Below are positions 1 to 9,432 of a DNA stretch of 64,000 nt, one piece after another; position 1 is the stretch's first letter, and each line of letters opens with the position of its first letter. Below the pieces are notes generated by a model. That model did no database searches, was not told where the DNA came from, and saw only the letters and a list, made by a program, of their open reading frames with translations. Source of the DNA: Vulcanimicrobiaceae bacterium (GTDB lineage: Bacteria > Vulcanimicrobiota > Vulcanimicrobiia > Vulcanimicrobiales > Vulcanimicrobiaceae). Location of the stretch: NCBI GenBank assembly GCA_035502855.1, contig DATJTX010000039.1, positions 154,066-218,065 on the forward strand. The letters are read 5' to 3'. The position numbers were made by a program, and so were the translations under genes.

Positions 1-1590
1 ATCGTCATCATCGCGCTGCCGGCGATCTTTCGCGGCATCCAACTCGATCCGCTGACCTCGGGCAACTTCGGCTACCTGCTGTGGATGATCATGGGGTATC
101 TGCTCGTTCAAGCGGTGCTGGTGGTTACGCTCGGACGTTTCGGCGATATGTTCGGCCGCGTTCGGATCTACAACGCCGGCTTCGCCGTCTTCACGCTCGC
201 CTCGGTCCTGCTTTCGTTCGACCCGTTCAAGGGTGGGCACGGCGCGCAGTGGCTGATCGGCTGGCGGTTGCTGCAAGCGCTCGGCGGTTCGATGCTCACC
301 GCGAATTCGGCCGCGATTTTGACCGACGCGTTTCCGCTTCAGCAGCGCGGTCTCGCGCTCGGCGTCAATCAAATCGTCGGCTTAGCCGGGCAGTTCATCG
401 GGCTCGTGGCCGGCGGCGCACTGGCGATCATCGATTGGCGCGCGGTGTTCTGGATCAACGTGCCGGTCGGCATCTTCTGTACCGTGTGGGCGTACCTCAA
501 ACTACGCGAGCATGGCGGTCGCGCGCGCGGCGCCATCGACTGGTGGGGCAACCTCACCTTCGCCATCGGTCTCGGCGCGATCTTGATCGCGATCACGACC
601 GGTATCCATCCGTACAAGAATCACAACATGGGCTGGAGCAGTCCCATGACGCTCGGATCGCTTGCCGCCGGCGTGATTCTGATCGCGGCGTTCGTGCTGA
701 TCGAGCAACGCGTGGCCGAACCGATGTTCGAACTGAACCTGTTCCGCATCCGCGCCTTCGCGGCCGGGAATCTCGCGACGCTCGCCGCCTCGATCTCGCG
801 CGGCGGTTTGCAATTCATGCTGGTGATCTGGCTGCAGGGCATTTGGCTGCCGCTTCACGGCTACAACTACGACGATACGCCGCTATGGGCCGGCATCTAC
901 ATGCTGCCGCTCACCGCCGGATTTCTCGTTGCTGGGCCACTCTCGGGATTTCTTTCGGATCTTTTCGGTTCACGTTTGTTTGCGACGGCCGGCATGGTGC
1001 TGTGCGCGGCGAGCTTCGTCGGCCTGATGCTGTTGCCGATCAACTTTACATACTGGACCTTCGCGCTCATCATCGGCGCATCCGGAATCGGCACGGGCAT
1101 GTTCAGTGCGCCGAATACCTCGGCGATCATGAGCAGCGTTCCCGCGGCGCGGCGCGGCGTCGCATCGGGCATGCGCGCGACGTTTCAGAATTCCGGCACG
1201 CTGCTTTCGATCGGTATCTTCTTTTCGCTCATGATCGCGGGGCTCGCGCGCGCGCTGCCGACCACGCTTACGAACGGGTTGTCCCAGCAAGGCGTCCCGC
1301 TCGCCGCCGCGCGCCAAATCGGGAACCTTACGCCCGTTTCCTCGCTCTTCGCCGCGTTTCTCGGCGTGAACCCGATCCAGCATCTGCTCGCGCCGAACGG
1401 TGTGCTCGCGCGGCTCCCGCTCGCCAAGCAACAACTCCTGACCGGTAAGACCTTCTTCCCAAATCTGATTTCGCAGCCGTTTCACGAGGGACTGCTGATC
1501 GTCTTCACGGCGGCAACGGTACTCTCGCTGCTCGCCGCGCTCGCCTCGCAGCTGCGCGGGAGCGCCGCCACCGATAAGCTCGGCCCATGA
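1..1590 (+). CDS. MFS efflux transporter, DHA2 (EmrB/QacA-like); 5' end lies outside the window
   Basis: Frame 1 is open from nt 1 ([20 protein letters not shown]...) and is continuous with listed ORF 85..1590, so the start is upstream of the window. It has many hydrophobic helices and an MFS motif-A-like [14 protein letters not shown]. Confidence 0.85.
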   Translation: MVIIALPAIFRGIQLDPLTSGNFGYLLWMIMGYLLVQAVLVVTLGRFGDMFGRVRIYNAGFAVFTLASVLLSFDPFKGGHGAQWLIGWRLLQALGGSMLTANSAAILTDAFPLQQRGLALGVNQIVGLAGQFIGLVAGGALAIIDWRAVFWINVPVGIFCTVWAYLKLREHGGRARGAIDWWGNLTFAIGLGAILIAITTGIHPYKNHNMGWSSPMTLGSLAAGVILIAAFVLIEQRVAEPMFELNLFRIRAFAAGNLATLAASISRGGLQFMLVIWLQGIWLPLHGYNYDDTPLWAGIYMLPLTAGFLVAGPLSGFLSDLFGSRLFATAGMVLCAASFVGLMLLPINFTYWTFALIIGASGIGTGMFSAPNTSAIMSSVPAARRGVASGMRATFQNSGTLLSIGIFFSLMIAGLARALPTTLTNGLSQQGVPLAAARQIGNLTPVSSLFAAFLGVNPIQHLLAPNGVLARLPLAKQQLLTGKTFFPNLISQPFHEGLLIVFTAATVLSLLAALASQLRGSAATDKLGP

Positions 1591-1765
1591 CGGCATAAGG
1601 CCGGGCTCCTACAACGGCGGCGCCGCCTGGTCTATCGTAGGGGCATGGTTACGAAGATTAGCACGGGAGTGCACCGCCACAACGACGATTTCGATTGCCT
1701 CACCCTCTGGGGATCGCAGCTCTTCGGGATGACGGCAGCGCTCGTCACGACGCTCTATTTTGTCC

Positions 1766-2668
1766 TCACGACGCTCCATTAGATGATTCCAACGCAGCGA
1801 CGAACGCTTGACCGAGCGGCGTGAGCGAGGTATCGCGCCTCCGGATGTAGCGAAATTCGCGCTGGATCGGCGGGGTGGAAAACCGAAGTTCCACGAGGGC
1901 TCCCGCTGCCAAGTCGGCGGTGACGGCGGCGCGCGACAACCACGCAATGCCGAGTCCTTGCCGCACGCCTGCCTTGATGGTTTCGTTGGTTCCGAACGGA
2001 CGAACGCGGTGAAACCGGAATCCGTGCGCGGCGAGCGCATGAAACGCAACCTCACGCGTGCCCGAACCGTCTTCGCGGACGAGCACGGTTTCCGACTCGA
2101 CCTCTGCCGGTTCAAGAACGCCCGATCCCCGTTTTCGCGGCGCGCTAATGCAGATGATTTCATCGCGCGCGAACGGAACGACGACCAGTTCCGCGCGGTC
2201 GACCGCGCCTTCGACCACGCCGAGATCGGCGAGATCGTCGGAAACCAGCTGCGCTACGTCGTGCGTATTACCCACCTTCAACTCGATCAGCGTGTCGGGA
2301 TGCTCGCGTTGCAACCCGGCGATTATCGGCGGCAAGACGTAGGTGCTGGTGGTCATGCTCGCGGCGATCGTCAGACGGCCCGCCTCGCCTTCGCGATGCA
2401 GCGCGACCGCGCGACGTGCGCGATCCCGCTCGAGCGATACACGCCGTCCGATCTCGGCCAAATCGATTCCAAGCGGCGTGAGCGCGATCGACCGGCCTTG
2501 CTGCGCGACGACCGGCGCTTCGACCGCCCGTTCGAGCTCGCGAATTTGCTGTGAGACCGAAGGTTGCGAAACGCCCAGCGCTTCGGCCGCGCGGGTGAAG
2601 CTTTTGTGCTGTGCGACCAGCGAGAGCGTCACCAGGTGATTGATGCTGATCTCTAAGCGGTCTTTCAT
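1766..2668 (-). CDS. LysR-family transcriptional regulator
   Basis: 300-aa ORF. The N-terminal wHTH LVAQHKSFTRAAEALGVSQPSVSQQIRELE is typical of LysR regulators, and a C-terminal effector-binding region follows. It is divergent from 2713..3060 with a 44-nt spacer. Confidence 0.9.
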   Translation of the reverse strand: MKDRLEISINHLVTLSLVAQHKSFTRAAEALGVSQPSVSQQIRELERAVEAPVVAQQGRSIALTPLGIDLAEIGRRVSLERDRARRAVALHREGEAGRLTIAASMTTSTYVLPPIIAGLQREHPDTLIELKVGNTHDVAQLVSDDLADLGVVEGAVDRAELVVVPFARDEIICISAPRKRGSGVLEPAEVESETVLVREDGSGTREVAFHALAAHGFRFHRVRPFGTNETIKAGVRQGLGIAWLSRAAVTADLAAGALVELRFSTPPIQREFRYIRRRDTSLTPLGQAFVAALESSNGAS

Positions 2669-2712
2669 CTCGGCGTCAATTCGATATCATTCTCGGCAAC
2701 TACCGTGGGGCT

Positions 2713-3060
2713 ATGAAAGTCTCAATTCTTCGCTCGACCCTGGCAGCCGTCGCGCTCGCGGGCGTTCTCAGCGCCTCCCTGGCCGCACCGGCGAAAGCCG
2801 ACACGGGCACGACCAACACGATTCTTGGGATTCTCGCCGGCGTTGCCGCCGTCGCGACGGTTGAGAATGTTGCCCATAAAGACGCCGTCGCCAACACGGT
2901 GGAGGGCTACACGCGTGACGGCAGCACGGTATACGAAGACGGACACGTCGTCGCTCCGAACGGTTACTCGTGGTATCCCGGAAACCAAGGCCAATCGATC
3001 TCGTGCAACGACGGCTCGTGCGTGATCTACGGCAACAACGGCTGGCAGAACCGGCGCTGA
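2713..3060 (+). CDS. hypothetical small secreted protein
   Basis: 115-aa ORF with a signal peptide MKVSILRSTLAAVALAGVLSASLAAPAKA. I recognise no family. It is divergent from the LysR gene. Confidence 0.6.
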   Translation: MKVSILRSTLAAVALAGVLSASLAAPAKADTGTTNTILGILAGVAAVATVENVAHKDAVANTVEGYTRDGSTVYEDGHVVAPNGYSWYPGNQGQSISCNDGSCVIYGNNGWQNRR

Positions 3061-3072
3061 CGCAATAACGAA

Positions 3073-3109
3073 ATGAAATGCGCCCCGCCTCACGCGGGGC
3101 GCATTTCAT
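3073..3109. terminator. bidirectional intrinsic terminator hairpin
   Basis: Perfect 16-bp inverted repeat atgaaatgcgccccgc (3073-3088) / gcggggcgcatttcat (3094-3109) with a 5-nt loop. The outer arms are A/T-rich, and it lies between convergent genes. Confidence 0.7.
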
Positions 3110-3142
3110 GATACGGAAAGACAAATTGGTTGTGCCGATGCG

Positions 3143-4879
3143 CTAAATTTTGCCGTCACTCCCGGAGATCGGGGCGACCTCTTCGACGAGCGCGCGAAGT
3201 CTCAAATTCTCGACGCGCACGTACGCCTGCGCGGCGGAGTCGCACAGTGCTTCGAGGACTTCGCGCTCGTCGGGGTCGAGCTTCGTGCCGTCGCGATGCA
3301 ACCCATAGATTGTAAAACCCGACAGCTCGTCACCCTCCAAAATGGGCACCGCTACCGCCGGTCCTACGCCGGCCTCGTTCAACTCCGCCGCAACACGCCG
3401 GTGCAAGTCCTTAACGTCCAGCAGTCGCCGTTCCGTCGATAGAAATCGAATGAGATCGTGCTCTTGCTCAAAATGCAAGACCGTCGAGCGCCGCCAGCCG
3501 GCCGCACATGACACAACGAACGATCCACCAACCCGGCGAAACAGTGCTGCAAGTGTAAGATCCAGCTTGTCGTATGGATCTTGAACGAGCGCGTGATCGA
3601 TCGTTTCATCACGTCGTGCGCGCAGCAACGTTCGTGCTAGGCGTTTTAGATACCGCTCGGCCTCGTGCTTTTGCCGATAGATCAAAAAATCGACGCCATT
3701 TTCGACGATGCCCGATATGCGGTGCAACGCCAAGACGAGCCCAATGGTTACTGCCGCGTCGATCGCCAGTGCGAGGCGAAGCTGAGAGAGATACGCGCTC
3801 GTTGCCCAATCCACGAAGCCGATCACGACGATGAGCAGCGACGTCACGACGGCATATACCACGGCTCGGCTGATCACGAACCGCACATCGATAACGTGGC
3901 GCCACAAGATCGCGTATGCCAGCGAAAGCGGCATCACGACGGCCAGGATGCCGCTCGTGATGAGGCCGTTCGCTCCCCCGAAGCGAATTTGGTCGAAGAT
4001 GGCGCCGGCGATGATCCCGAACCCGACCCAACTTACACGCGCTCGTTCGTCGCGCTGCATCGTGGCTAGGCGCAGCAGCGTGACGAGAACGATGGCGTAC
4101 GTCATCGTCGCCTGGAAAACGGTCCTCGCCGGATCGCGCAGCAGCGAATAGAGCGTCGCGGCATGAAACGCATTATAGAGCAGCCATGTAGCGGCGCCAG
4201 CCATTACGACGCACGTAAGCCAGAATGCGAAGCGGCGCCATCCAACAGGCAAGCGGTCGTTGGGGATGAACAGTGCGAAAAGCAGTAAGCACGGAAAACC
4301 GAGAGTAGTGACTACGACGCTGAATATCGACATCGCGGCGAAGGTCTGCGAGGGCCACGTCCAAAGCACCGAAGCCGAAACGCCGTACGGGCTATTCCCC
4401 AAACAATAGCCCCAAAAAAGCCACGTCATCAAACCAGGACGGAGAACGACGAGGGCGCAACCCATCGCGAGGAACGCAAAGAAGACCACGACGCGCACCG
4501 TTGCCCAGGCCAACGAGCCGTAGATGCTAGGTACCGGCGCCCCGGGGCGCGGGACGAAAGTAAAGTAACGGAGCGAACCGTTCCGCTCGGCGCAGACTCG
4601 GATCGGAAGTGGCGCGTACTGGGCCTCGCCATAAATCGGAAACAATGGCTCCGAATCGCGTAGCGACATGCAGCCCAAAGTATCGCCTGTTCGCAGACCA
4701 CTCGCGAACGCCGGAGAGCCCGGGTCGACCACGACTCGTTCCTGCGGAGCCGCAACAACGGGGCCACGGTGAACGCCCGTGTAAGCGGCCGAATAACTCT
4801 CGAGCAATGGCGGCGCGATAATTAGAAAAAAGCCCAGCGAAAGGGCGACGACGATGCATGCGCGGACGGCGCTGCGCAC
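3143..4879 (-). CDS. polytopic membrane protein with N-terminal PDZ-like segment and C-terminal GAF-like domain
   Basis: 578-aa ORF. It has an N-terminal TM helix, then GSPAFASGLRTGDTLG (PDZ-like), then about 8 hydrophobic helices. The C-terminal soluble region (...AVPILEGDELSGFTIYGLHRDGTKLDPDEREVLEALCDSAAQAY...) resembles the end of a GAF domain. Confidence 0.65.
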   Translation of the reverse strand: MRSAVRACIVVALSLGFFLIIAPPLLESYSAAYTGVHRGPVVAAPQERVVVDPGSPAFASGLRTGDTLGCMSLRDSEPLFPIYGEAQYAPLPIRVCAERNGSLRYFTFVPRPGAPVPSIYGSLAWATVRVVVFFAFLAMGCALVVLRPGLMTWLFWGYCLGNSPYGVSASVLWTWPSQTFAAMSIFSVVVTTLGFPCLLLFALFIPNDRLPVGWRRFAFWLTCVVMAGAATWLLYNAFHAATLYSLLRDPARTVFQATMTYAIVLVTLLRLATMQRDERARVSWVGFGIIAGAIFDQIRFGGANGLITSGILAVVMPLSLAYAILWRHVIDVRFVISRAVVYAVVTSLLIVVIGFVDWATSAYLSQLRLALAIDAAVTIGLVLALHRISGIVENGVDFLIYRQKHEAERYLKRLARTLLRARRDETIDHALVQDPYDKLDLTLAALFRRVGGSFVVSCAAGWRRSTVLHFEQEHDLIRFLSTERRLLDVKDLHRRVAAELNEAGVGPAVAVPILEGDELSGFTIYGLHRDGTKLDPDEREVLEALCDSAAQAYVRVENLRLRALVEEVAPISGSDGKI

Positions 4880-5106
4880 TACAACGCCACCTCGCAGCTC
4901 AGAGCTGCCTTTCGAGCTGCAATGGCGCTGCCAGAACGGCTAGCCATACAACCGTAGTAATTTGCGGGTTTAGCCTGGTTGACCCGCAGGAGCCATTATC
5001 AACAGCAGCGGTGTCATTAGCGGCGTGATGATGCCACCTCGCGTCATCTCCTGACACATCTCATTGAGCGAGAATCCGGCCCAGACCAAGCTAAACTACG
5101 ACGACG

Positions 5107-5137
5107 CAATTGCAAAAACCGAACGTTTTCGCAATTG
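5107..5137 (-). terminator. stem-loop just downstream of tRNA-Leu
   Basis: caattgcaaaaac / gttttcgcaattg arms give about 12 bp with one mismatch. It starts 11 nt after the tRNA 3' end on the minus strand. No clear U-tract follows. Confidence 0.4.
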
Positions 5138-5147
5138 AACAGGTTGT

Positions 5148-5234
5148 TGGTGCTCAGGAAGGGACTCGAACCCCCACGATGTTGCCACCACTGGTACCTG
5201 AAACCAGCGCGTCTACCAATTCCGCCACCTGAGC
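5148..5234 (-). tRNA. tRNA-Leu (anticodon CAG)
   Basis: 87-nt cloverleaf on the minus strand. The acceptor is GCTCAGG/CCTGAGC with discriminator A and an encoded CCA. The anticodon stem is CTGGT/ACCAG with loop TTCAGGT. It has a long variable arm and T-loop TTCGAGT. Confidence 0.93.
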
Positions 5235-5366
5235 AAATTGCCACGGCGCTTCGCGCCGCCGCCCTCCGGGCTTGGCAACCGCATCCGCCTCCATGGCGGA
5301 TGCTCGCGACAGCCGGGCTTCGTTCGTGAAACCGGGGGATTGTCCTCGGGGTTAGCGTAGGCACGT

Positions 5367-6362
5367 ATGCCCAAGCTCAGGTTTTTATCGGATATCCCTC
5401 CCTCGACTTCGCTGCGCTACGCTCGGGATGACAACGGAGCCGCTGCGGCCGCCTTAGATCCCTACTCGGAAGCGGTGACGACCGCGGCCGAGCGGGTCAG
5501 CCCCTCGGTCGTTGCGATCGAAGTCCGCGCCGGACGGCGCGGCGGCAACGGCTCCGGCTTCGTCTTCACGCCCGACGGTTTCGTGCTCACCAACAGCCAC
5601 GTCGTGCGCGATGCCGAGCGGATCGAAATCGCGCTGCTTGACGGGCGCGAACTGCCGGCAACGCTCGTCGGCGACGATCCGCACAGCGACCTCGCCGTCG
5701 TGCGCGTCGACGCGCCGGATCTGCTTCCGGTGGCCCTCGGCGATTCGGCCCAGCTGCGCCCCGGCCAGCTCGTGGTCGCCGTCGGCAACCCGTTCGGGCT
5801 CGCCTACACGGTCACGGCGGGGGTGGTCAGCGCACTCGGCCGCTCGCTGCGTTCGCAGTCCGGCCGGCTGATGGACAACATCATTCAAACCGATGCCGCG
5901 CTCAATCCCGGCAACTCCGGTGGCCCGCTCGTCACCTCGAAGGGCGAGGTCATCGGTGTCAACACCGCGGTGTTGCCGGGCCAAGGGCTGTGTTTTGCCA
6001 TCGCGATCAATACCGCCAAACATATCGCGGGTCTGTTGATTCGCGACGGCAAGGTGAGGCGCGGTTATTTCGGTATCGCCAGTCAAGACGTCACCCTCGC
6101 GGCGGCGGCCGCACGCCGCTTCATGCTCACGGATCCGCGCGGCGTGCTGGTCGATTCGGTCGAGCCGGGCAGTCCGGCTGACACCGCGCGTTTGCGCGCG
6201 GGGGACGTGCTGCTCGCAATCGAAGGCGAGCGCGTGTACGGCGTCGACGACCTGCACAAACGCCTCACGTCGATCGACCTCAGCCGCCCCTACAAGCTCG
6301 ATATCCTGCGCAAAGGCGAACGTCACGCACCGATCATCCTGCCCGTAGAATCACCACAGTGA
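5367..6362 (+). CDS. HtrA/DegP-family trypsin-like serine protease with PDZ domain
   Basis: Triad contexts are TNSHVV, DLAVV and [10 protein letters not shown]-terminal PDZ-like [20 protein letters not shown] is present. No signal peptide is visible. The start is uncertain because codons 10-23 coincide with a repeat element. Confidence 0.85.
   Translation: MPKLRFLSDIPPSTSLRYARDDNGAAAAALDPYSEAVTTAAERVSPSVVAIEVRAGRRGGNGSGFVFTPDGFVLTNSHVVRDAERIEIALLDGRELPATLVGDDPHSDLAVVRVDAPDLLPVALGDSAQLRPGQLVVAVGNPFGLAYTVTAGVVSALGRSLRSQSGRLMDNIIQTDAALNPGNSGGPLVTSKGEVIGVNTAVLPGQGLCFAIAINTAKHIAGLLIRDGKVRRGYFGIASQDVTLAAAAARRFMLTDPRGVLVDSVEPGSPADTARLRAGDVLLAIEGERVYGVDDLHKRLTSIDLSRPYKLDILRKGERHAPIILPVESPQ
5396..5434. 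repeat. copy of TCGACT...CGCTCRGGATGACA repeat family
   Basis: ccctccctcgacttcgctgcgctacgctcgggatgaca resembles 32642..32679 (ccttcgactacgccctccgggcttcgctcaggatgaca) at both ends. Confidence 0.5.
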
Positions 6363-7552
6363 TTCGCAAGCTCGTGCCGATTCTCGGCATCACCTTTATC
6401 GACATCATCGGCTTCAGCATGCTGTTGCCGATCCTGCCGTATTTCGTGACGCACTTCGGCATGAGCGCATTCGTCGTCGGCCTGTTGATCTCGACGTTTT
6501 CGTTTTGCCAGCTGATCACCGGCCCGCTTTGGGGCAACGTCTCCGACCGAATCGGCCGTAAGCGCGTTTTGATCATCAGCCAAATCGGCGCCACGATCGG
6601 CTGGACGATGCTCGCGTTCGCGCCGACCATCCTCTGGGTCTTCATCGCACGCGTCCTCGAAGGTGTCTCGGGCGGCAACATCGGCATCACCCAAGCCTAC
6701 GTCGCCGACTTGGTCGCACCGAGAGAACGCGCCCGCGCGTTCGGTCTCATCAGTGCGACCTTCGCGGCGGGCATGGTCTTCGGGCCGGTAGGCGGCGGGT
6801 TGCTCTACGCGCGCTTCGGCTTCACCGCGCCCTTTCTCGCGGCGGCGGCGCTGCAATTACTCACGCTGATCCTCACCATCACCCTGTTGCCGGAATCGCG
6901 TACGAAACAGGAGGGCGAGACGCACGTGGGGATGCGCGAGATCGCCGCGACCTTCACCAATCGCGAGCTTTCTCCGATTCTCTTGCAGAAGCTGGCGCTT
7001 TCGCTCTGCCTGTACGGCTGGTATTCGGTCATTGCGCTCTATCTGGCCGGGCAACTGCACTTCGGCGTCGTCGCCACCACGCAGTACTTCTCGGCCTTTG
7101 CGCTCGTCAACGTCGCAATCAACGGCTTCGGCGTCGGCAAGGCATCGCGCCGCCTCGGCGACCCGCGCATGGCGATCGTCGGACTCGCGCTGCTGGTCGC
7201 TGCCTTCGGGCTCACGCCTTTCGTCCACCACTGGCTCACCGTTGCCGGCGTCATGCTTCTGTTTGCGCTGGGCGGCGCGTTCGCGAACAACGGCATCACC
7301 GCGATGATTTCGAACGCGGCCTCCGAACGCGAGCAGGGCACCGTCCTGGGCGTCAGCTCCTCGCTCGATTCACTTTCCGGAATTCTCGCGCCGCCGTTCT
7401 CGACCGGCCTTCTCTCGCGCTTCGGCTCGCCGTTCGGCGGCATCGAATCGCTGGTGATGGCCGCAGTCGCACTGACGCTCGGAATCCGAAACTCGCTGCA
7501 CGCATCGGCGGTATCGGCCAACACGCCCGCTGAGGAATTGGAGGCCGTGTGA
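6359..7552 (+). CDS. MFS transporter (Tet/TCR-like 12-TM family)
   Basis: 397-aa ORF with a GTG start that overlaps the htrA-like stop by 4 nt. MFS motif A is [13 protein letters not shown], and about 12 hydrophobic helices are present. Confidence 0.85.
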   Translation: MIRKLVPILGITFIDIIGFSMLLPILPYFVTHFGMSAFVVGLLISTFSFCQLITGPLWGNVSDRIGRKRVLIISQIGATIGWTMLAFAPTILWVFIARVLEGVSGGNIGITQAYVADLVAPRERARAFGLISATFAAGMVFGPVGGGLLYARFGFTAPFLAAAALQLLTLILTITLLPESRTKQEGETHVGMREIAATFTNRELSPILLQKLALSLCLYGWYSVIALYLAGQLHFGVVATTQYFSAFALVNVAINGFGVGKASRRLGDPRMAIVGLALLVAAFGLTPFVHHWLTVAGVMLLFALGGAFANNGITAMISNAASEREQGTVLGVSSSLDSLSGILAPPFSTGLLSRFGSPFGGIESLVMAAVALTLGIRNSLHASAVSANTPAEELEAV

Positions 7553-7567
7553 AATTCAATTCGGCTG

Positions 7568-8437
7568 TTAGGCGGCGGATTTTTTCCGGCGCGTCGTCGA
7601 CGACGCTTTCTTTACCGGCTTCTTTTCATCCGACGTGGCGCGGCCGTTGCCCGAACGGCGCTTCTTGCTCTCTTCGAGCGATTGCGCCAGCACGTCCATC
7701 AGGTTGACGACCTTGCCGCGCGGCGCGGCGACCTTCTTGGCCTTGGGCAGTTCCTTACCTTGCGCGCGCGCTTCGATCATCGCCAGCAGCTCGTCGTGAT
7801 ACCGGTTGTGAAACTTCTCGGGTTCGAACGCGTCGACGCTCATCGTGTCGATCAGCATGCGCGCCATCTTGATCTCGCCTTCGGGTAGCTTTTCCGTCCC
7901 CGGAAGCTCCAGCGTCGAGGGCTCGACGATCTCGCTGGCCCAGTGCATCAGTTCGAGCACAAGTGCTTCGCCAATCGGTTTGACCGCGGCGATGTATTCC
8001 TTGGTGCGCACGACCACGCGCGCGATCGCAACCTTGTTCGTTTCGGTCAGCGCTTCGCGCAGCAATGCGTACGCGTGCTTGCCCTGTTTGCTCGGCTCGA
8101 GATAGTACGGCTTGTCGAAGAACATCGGGTTGATCGTATCGAGGTCGACGAACTCCAAAATGTCAACCGACTGCGTCGCCTCGGGGTTGACCTTTTTGAA
8201 GTCGTCGTCGGTGACGATGACGTACTCACCCTTCTCGTATTCGTAGCCCTTGACGATCTCATCCCACGGCACCGGCTTGCCGTCGACCGAGCAGATCCGC
8301 TCGTATTTGATCCGCCCCTCGTCCTTGGCGTGGAGCAGATTGAACGAGAGCTCGTCGGTACGAACGGCCGTGAAGAGTTTGACCGGGATCGTCACCAGGC
8401 CAAAGTTGATTGCACCGGACCAAATTGCATGAGCCAT
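7568..8437 (-). CDS. ku: NHEJ DNA end-binding protein Ku
   Basis: MAHAIWSGAINFGLVTIPVKLFTAV is the canonical bacterial Ku N-terminus, and the C-terminal tail is Lys/Arg-rich. I trimmed the listed ORF (to 8545) to the ATG at 8437. Confidence 0.93.
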   Translation of the reverse strand: MAHAIWSGAINFGLVTIPVKLFTAVRTDELSFNLLHAKDEGRIKYERICSVDGKPVPWDEIVKGYEYEKGEYVIVTDDDFKKVNPEATQSVDILEFVDLDTINPMFFDKPYYLEPSKQGKHAYALLREALTETNKVAIARVVVRTKEYIAAVKPIGEALVLELMHWASEIVEPSTLELPGTEKLPEGEIKMARMLIDTMSVDAFEPEKFHNRYHDELLAMIEARAQGKELPKAKKVAAPRGKVVNLMDVLAQSLEESKKRRSGNGRATSDEKKPVKKASSTTRRKKSAA

Positions 8438-8472
8438 AGCTGGACTAGTGTACTCCAGGCGAGGGGTATTCG

Positions 8473-9432
8473 TTAAGACCAGGCGCGCTGAGCCTTGCTG
8501 ATGGCCGGCTCCAATCGCTGCTTTTTCCAGGCTTTTCCGCCCCATAAGTCGCCCTCACGCTCCAGCCGCTTGGGCGTGGTCCGCAGGTTGAACGCGGCAA
8601 AGGTGTCCCACGGCGTCCCGGATCGCTTGCGGGCAAACGCTTCGACCTCTTCCCAGGCGAGCGGGGTCGAAACCGGCGCACCATCGCGGGCGCGGACCGA
8701 ATAGGCGCTCACGCTCGTCTTCCCGCGTCCGACTTGCAAGTAGTCGAAGTACACGGCCTGCTGATCGCGTTTGGCGACCGAGCGCTGGAGCGAGATCCGC
8801 GCCGGGTCCTCGTGCGCGAGCCGTTGCGCGACGATCTCGGCGAACATCTTCGCAGCGTCGTAGGTGTAACCGGAAGCGAGCGGCACGACGACATGCAAGC
8901 CCATACCGCCGGACGTCTTGACCAGCGTCGTCAAGCCGATCGAGGCGAGCAGGTCGCGTACGCCCAGCGCGACGGCCGCCATGGTTTTGATCGTGCACCG
9001 CTCGCCCGGATCCAGATCGAAGAAAACGTAGTCCGGTTCTTCGATCGTTTCGATGCGCGAGGTCCACACGTGCAACACGATCGAGGCGAGGTTGGCAACG
9101 TAGACCAGCGTCGCCTCGTCGTTGCAAACCACGTACGTCGTCTTCGCGCGATGGCCCTCGGGGCTGGTGATCGTCGCGCGCCCGGCCCAATCCGGCAAGC
9201 CCTTGGGAAGATGCTTCTCGAAAAACGATTGCTTGTCGATGCCGTCCGGCCAGCGCTGCAACGTTAGTGGACGCTCGCGCAAATACGGCAGTATCCATTC
9301 CGAGACGCTGCGATAGTATGCGATCAAGTCGCCCTTGGTATAGCCGTCGCGCGGGAAGAGGACTTTGTCGAGGTTCGAAAGCGAGAGCGTATGCCCGCCG
9401 ACGCTCACGTTCGTGCGCTCCGTTGCCATCAA
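8473..9432 (-). CDS. LigD polymerase/primase-domain protein (stand-alone)
   Basis: 319 aa. HTLSLSNLDKVLFPRDGYTKGDLIAYYRSVSEWILPYLRERPLTLQRWPDGI matches the LigD Pol domain. Its start overlaps the upstream ligase stop by 4 nt. Confidence 0.9.
   Translation of the reverse strand: MMATERTNVSVGGHTLSLSNLDKVLFPRDGYTKGDLIAYYRSVSEWILPYLRERPLTLQRWPDGIDKQSFFEKHLPKGLPDWAGRATITSPEGHRAKTTYVVCNDEATLVYVANLASIVLHVWTSRIETIEEPDYVFFDLDPGERCTIKTMAAVALGVRDLLASIGLTTLVKTSGGMGLHVVVPLASGYTYDAAKMFAEIVAQRLAHEDPARISLQRSVAKRDQQAVYFDYLQVGRGKTSVSAYSVRARDGAPVSTPLAWEEVEAFARKRSGTPWDTFAAFNLRTTPKRLEREGDLWGGKAWKKQRLEPAISKAQRAWS

Noticed and set aside
81-1448. 455-aa ORF in frame 3
   Set aside because: It overlaps the DHA2 MFS transporter frame, which has coherent TM helices. 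This frame is Arg-rich and lacks hydrophobic segments.
1591-1765. Small ORFs (46-56 aa) in the convergent spacer between the MFS and LysR genes, including the tail of listed ORF 1609..2163
   Set aside because: They have no RBS, no recognisable motif and overlap the LysR stop. I treat the region as non-coding.
2669-2712. Possible LysR operator (T-N11-A-type) around aattcgatatcatt in the divergent spacer
   Set aside because: Only a 6-bp GATATC palindrome is clear, and the flanking symmetry is poor. This is not enough to call a binding site.
5044-5364. 106-aa minus-strand ORF (and 5135..5329 on plus)
   Set aside because: It runs straight through the tRNA-Leu gene, so it is not a credible CDS.
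8438-8545. N-terminal extensions of listed ORFs (Ku to 8545; likewise upp to 42727, MFS from 41819, OMP to 58856, SBP from 53081, STAS to 22858, RsbW-like to 22463, DUF948-like to 23601)
   Set aside because: The family-typical N-termini begin at internal start codons. The extensions overlap neighbouring genes or are Arg-rich.
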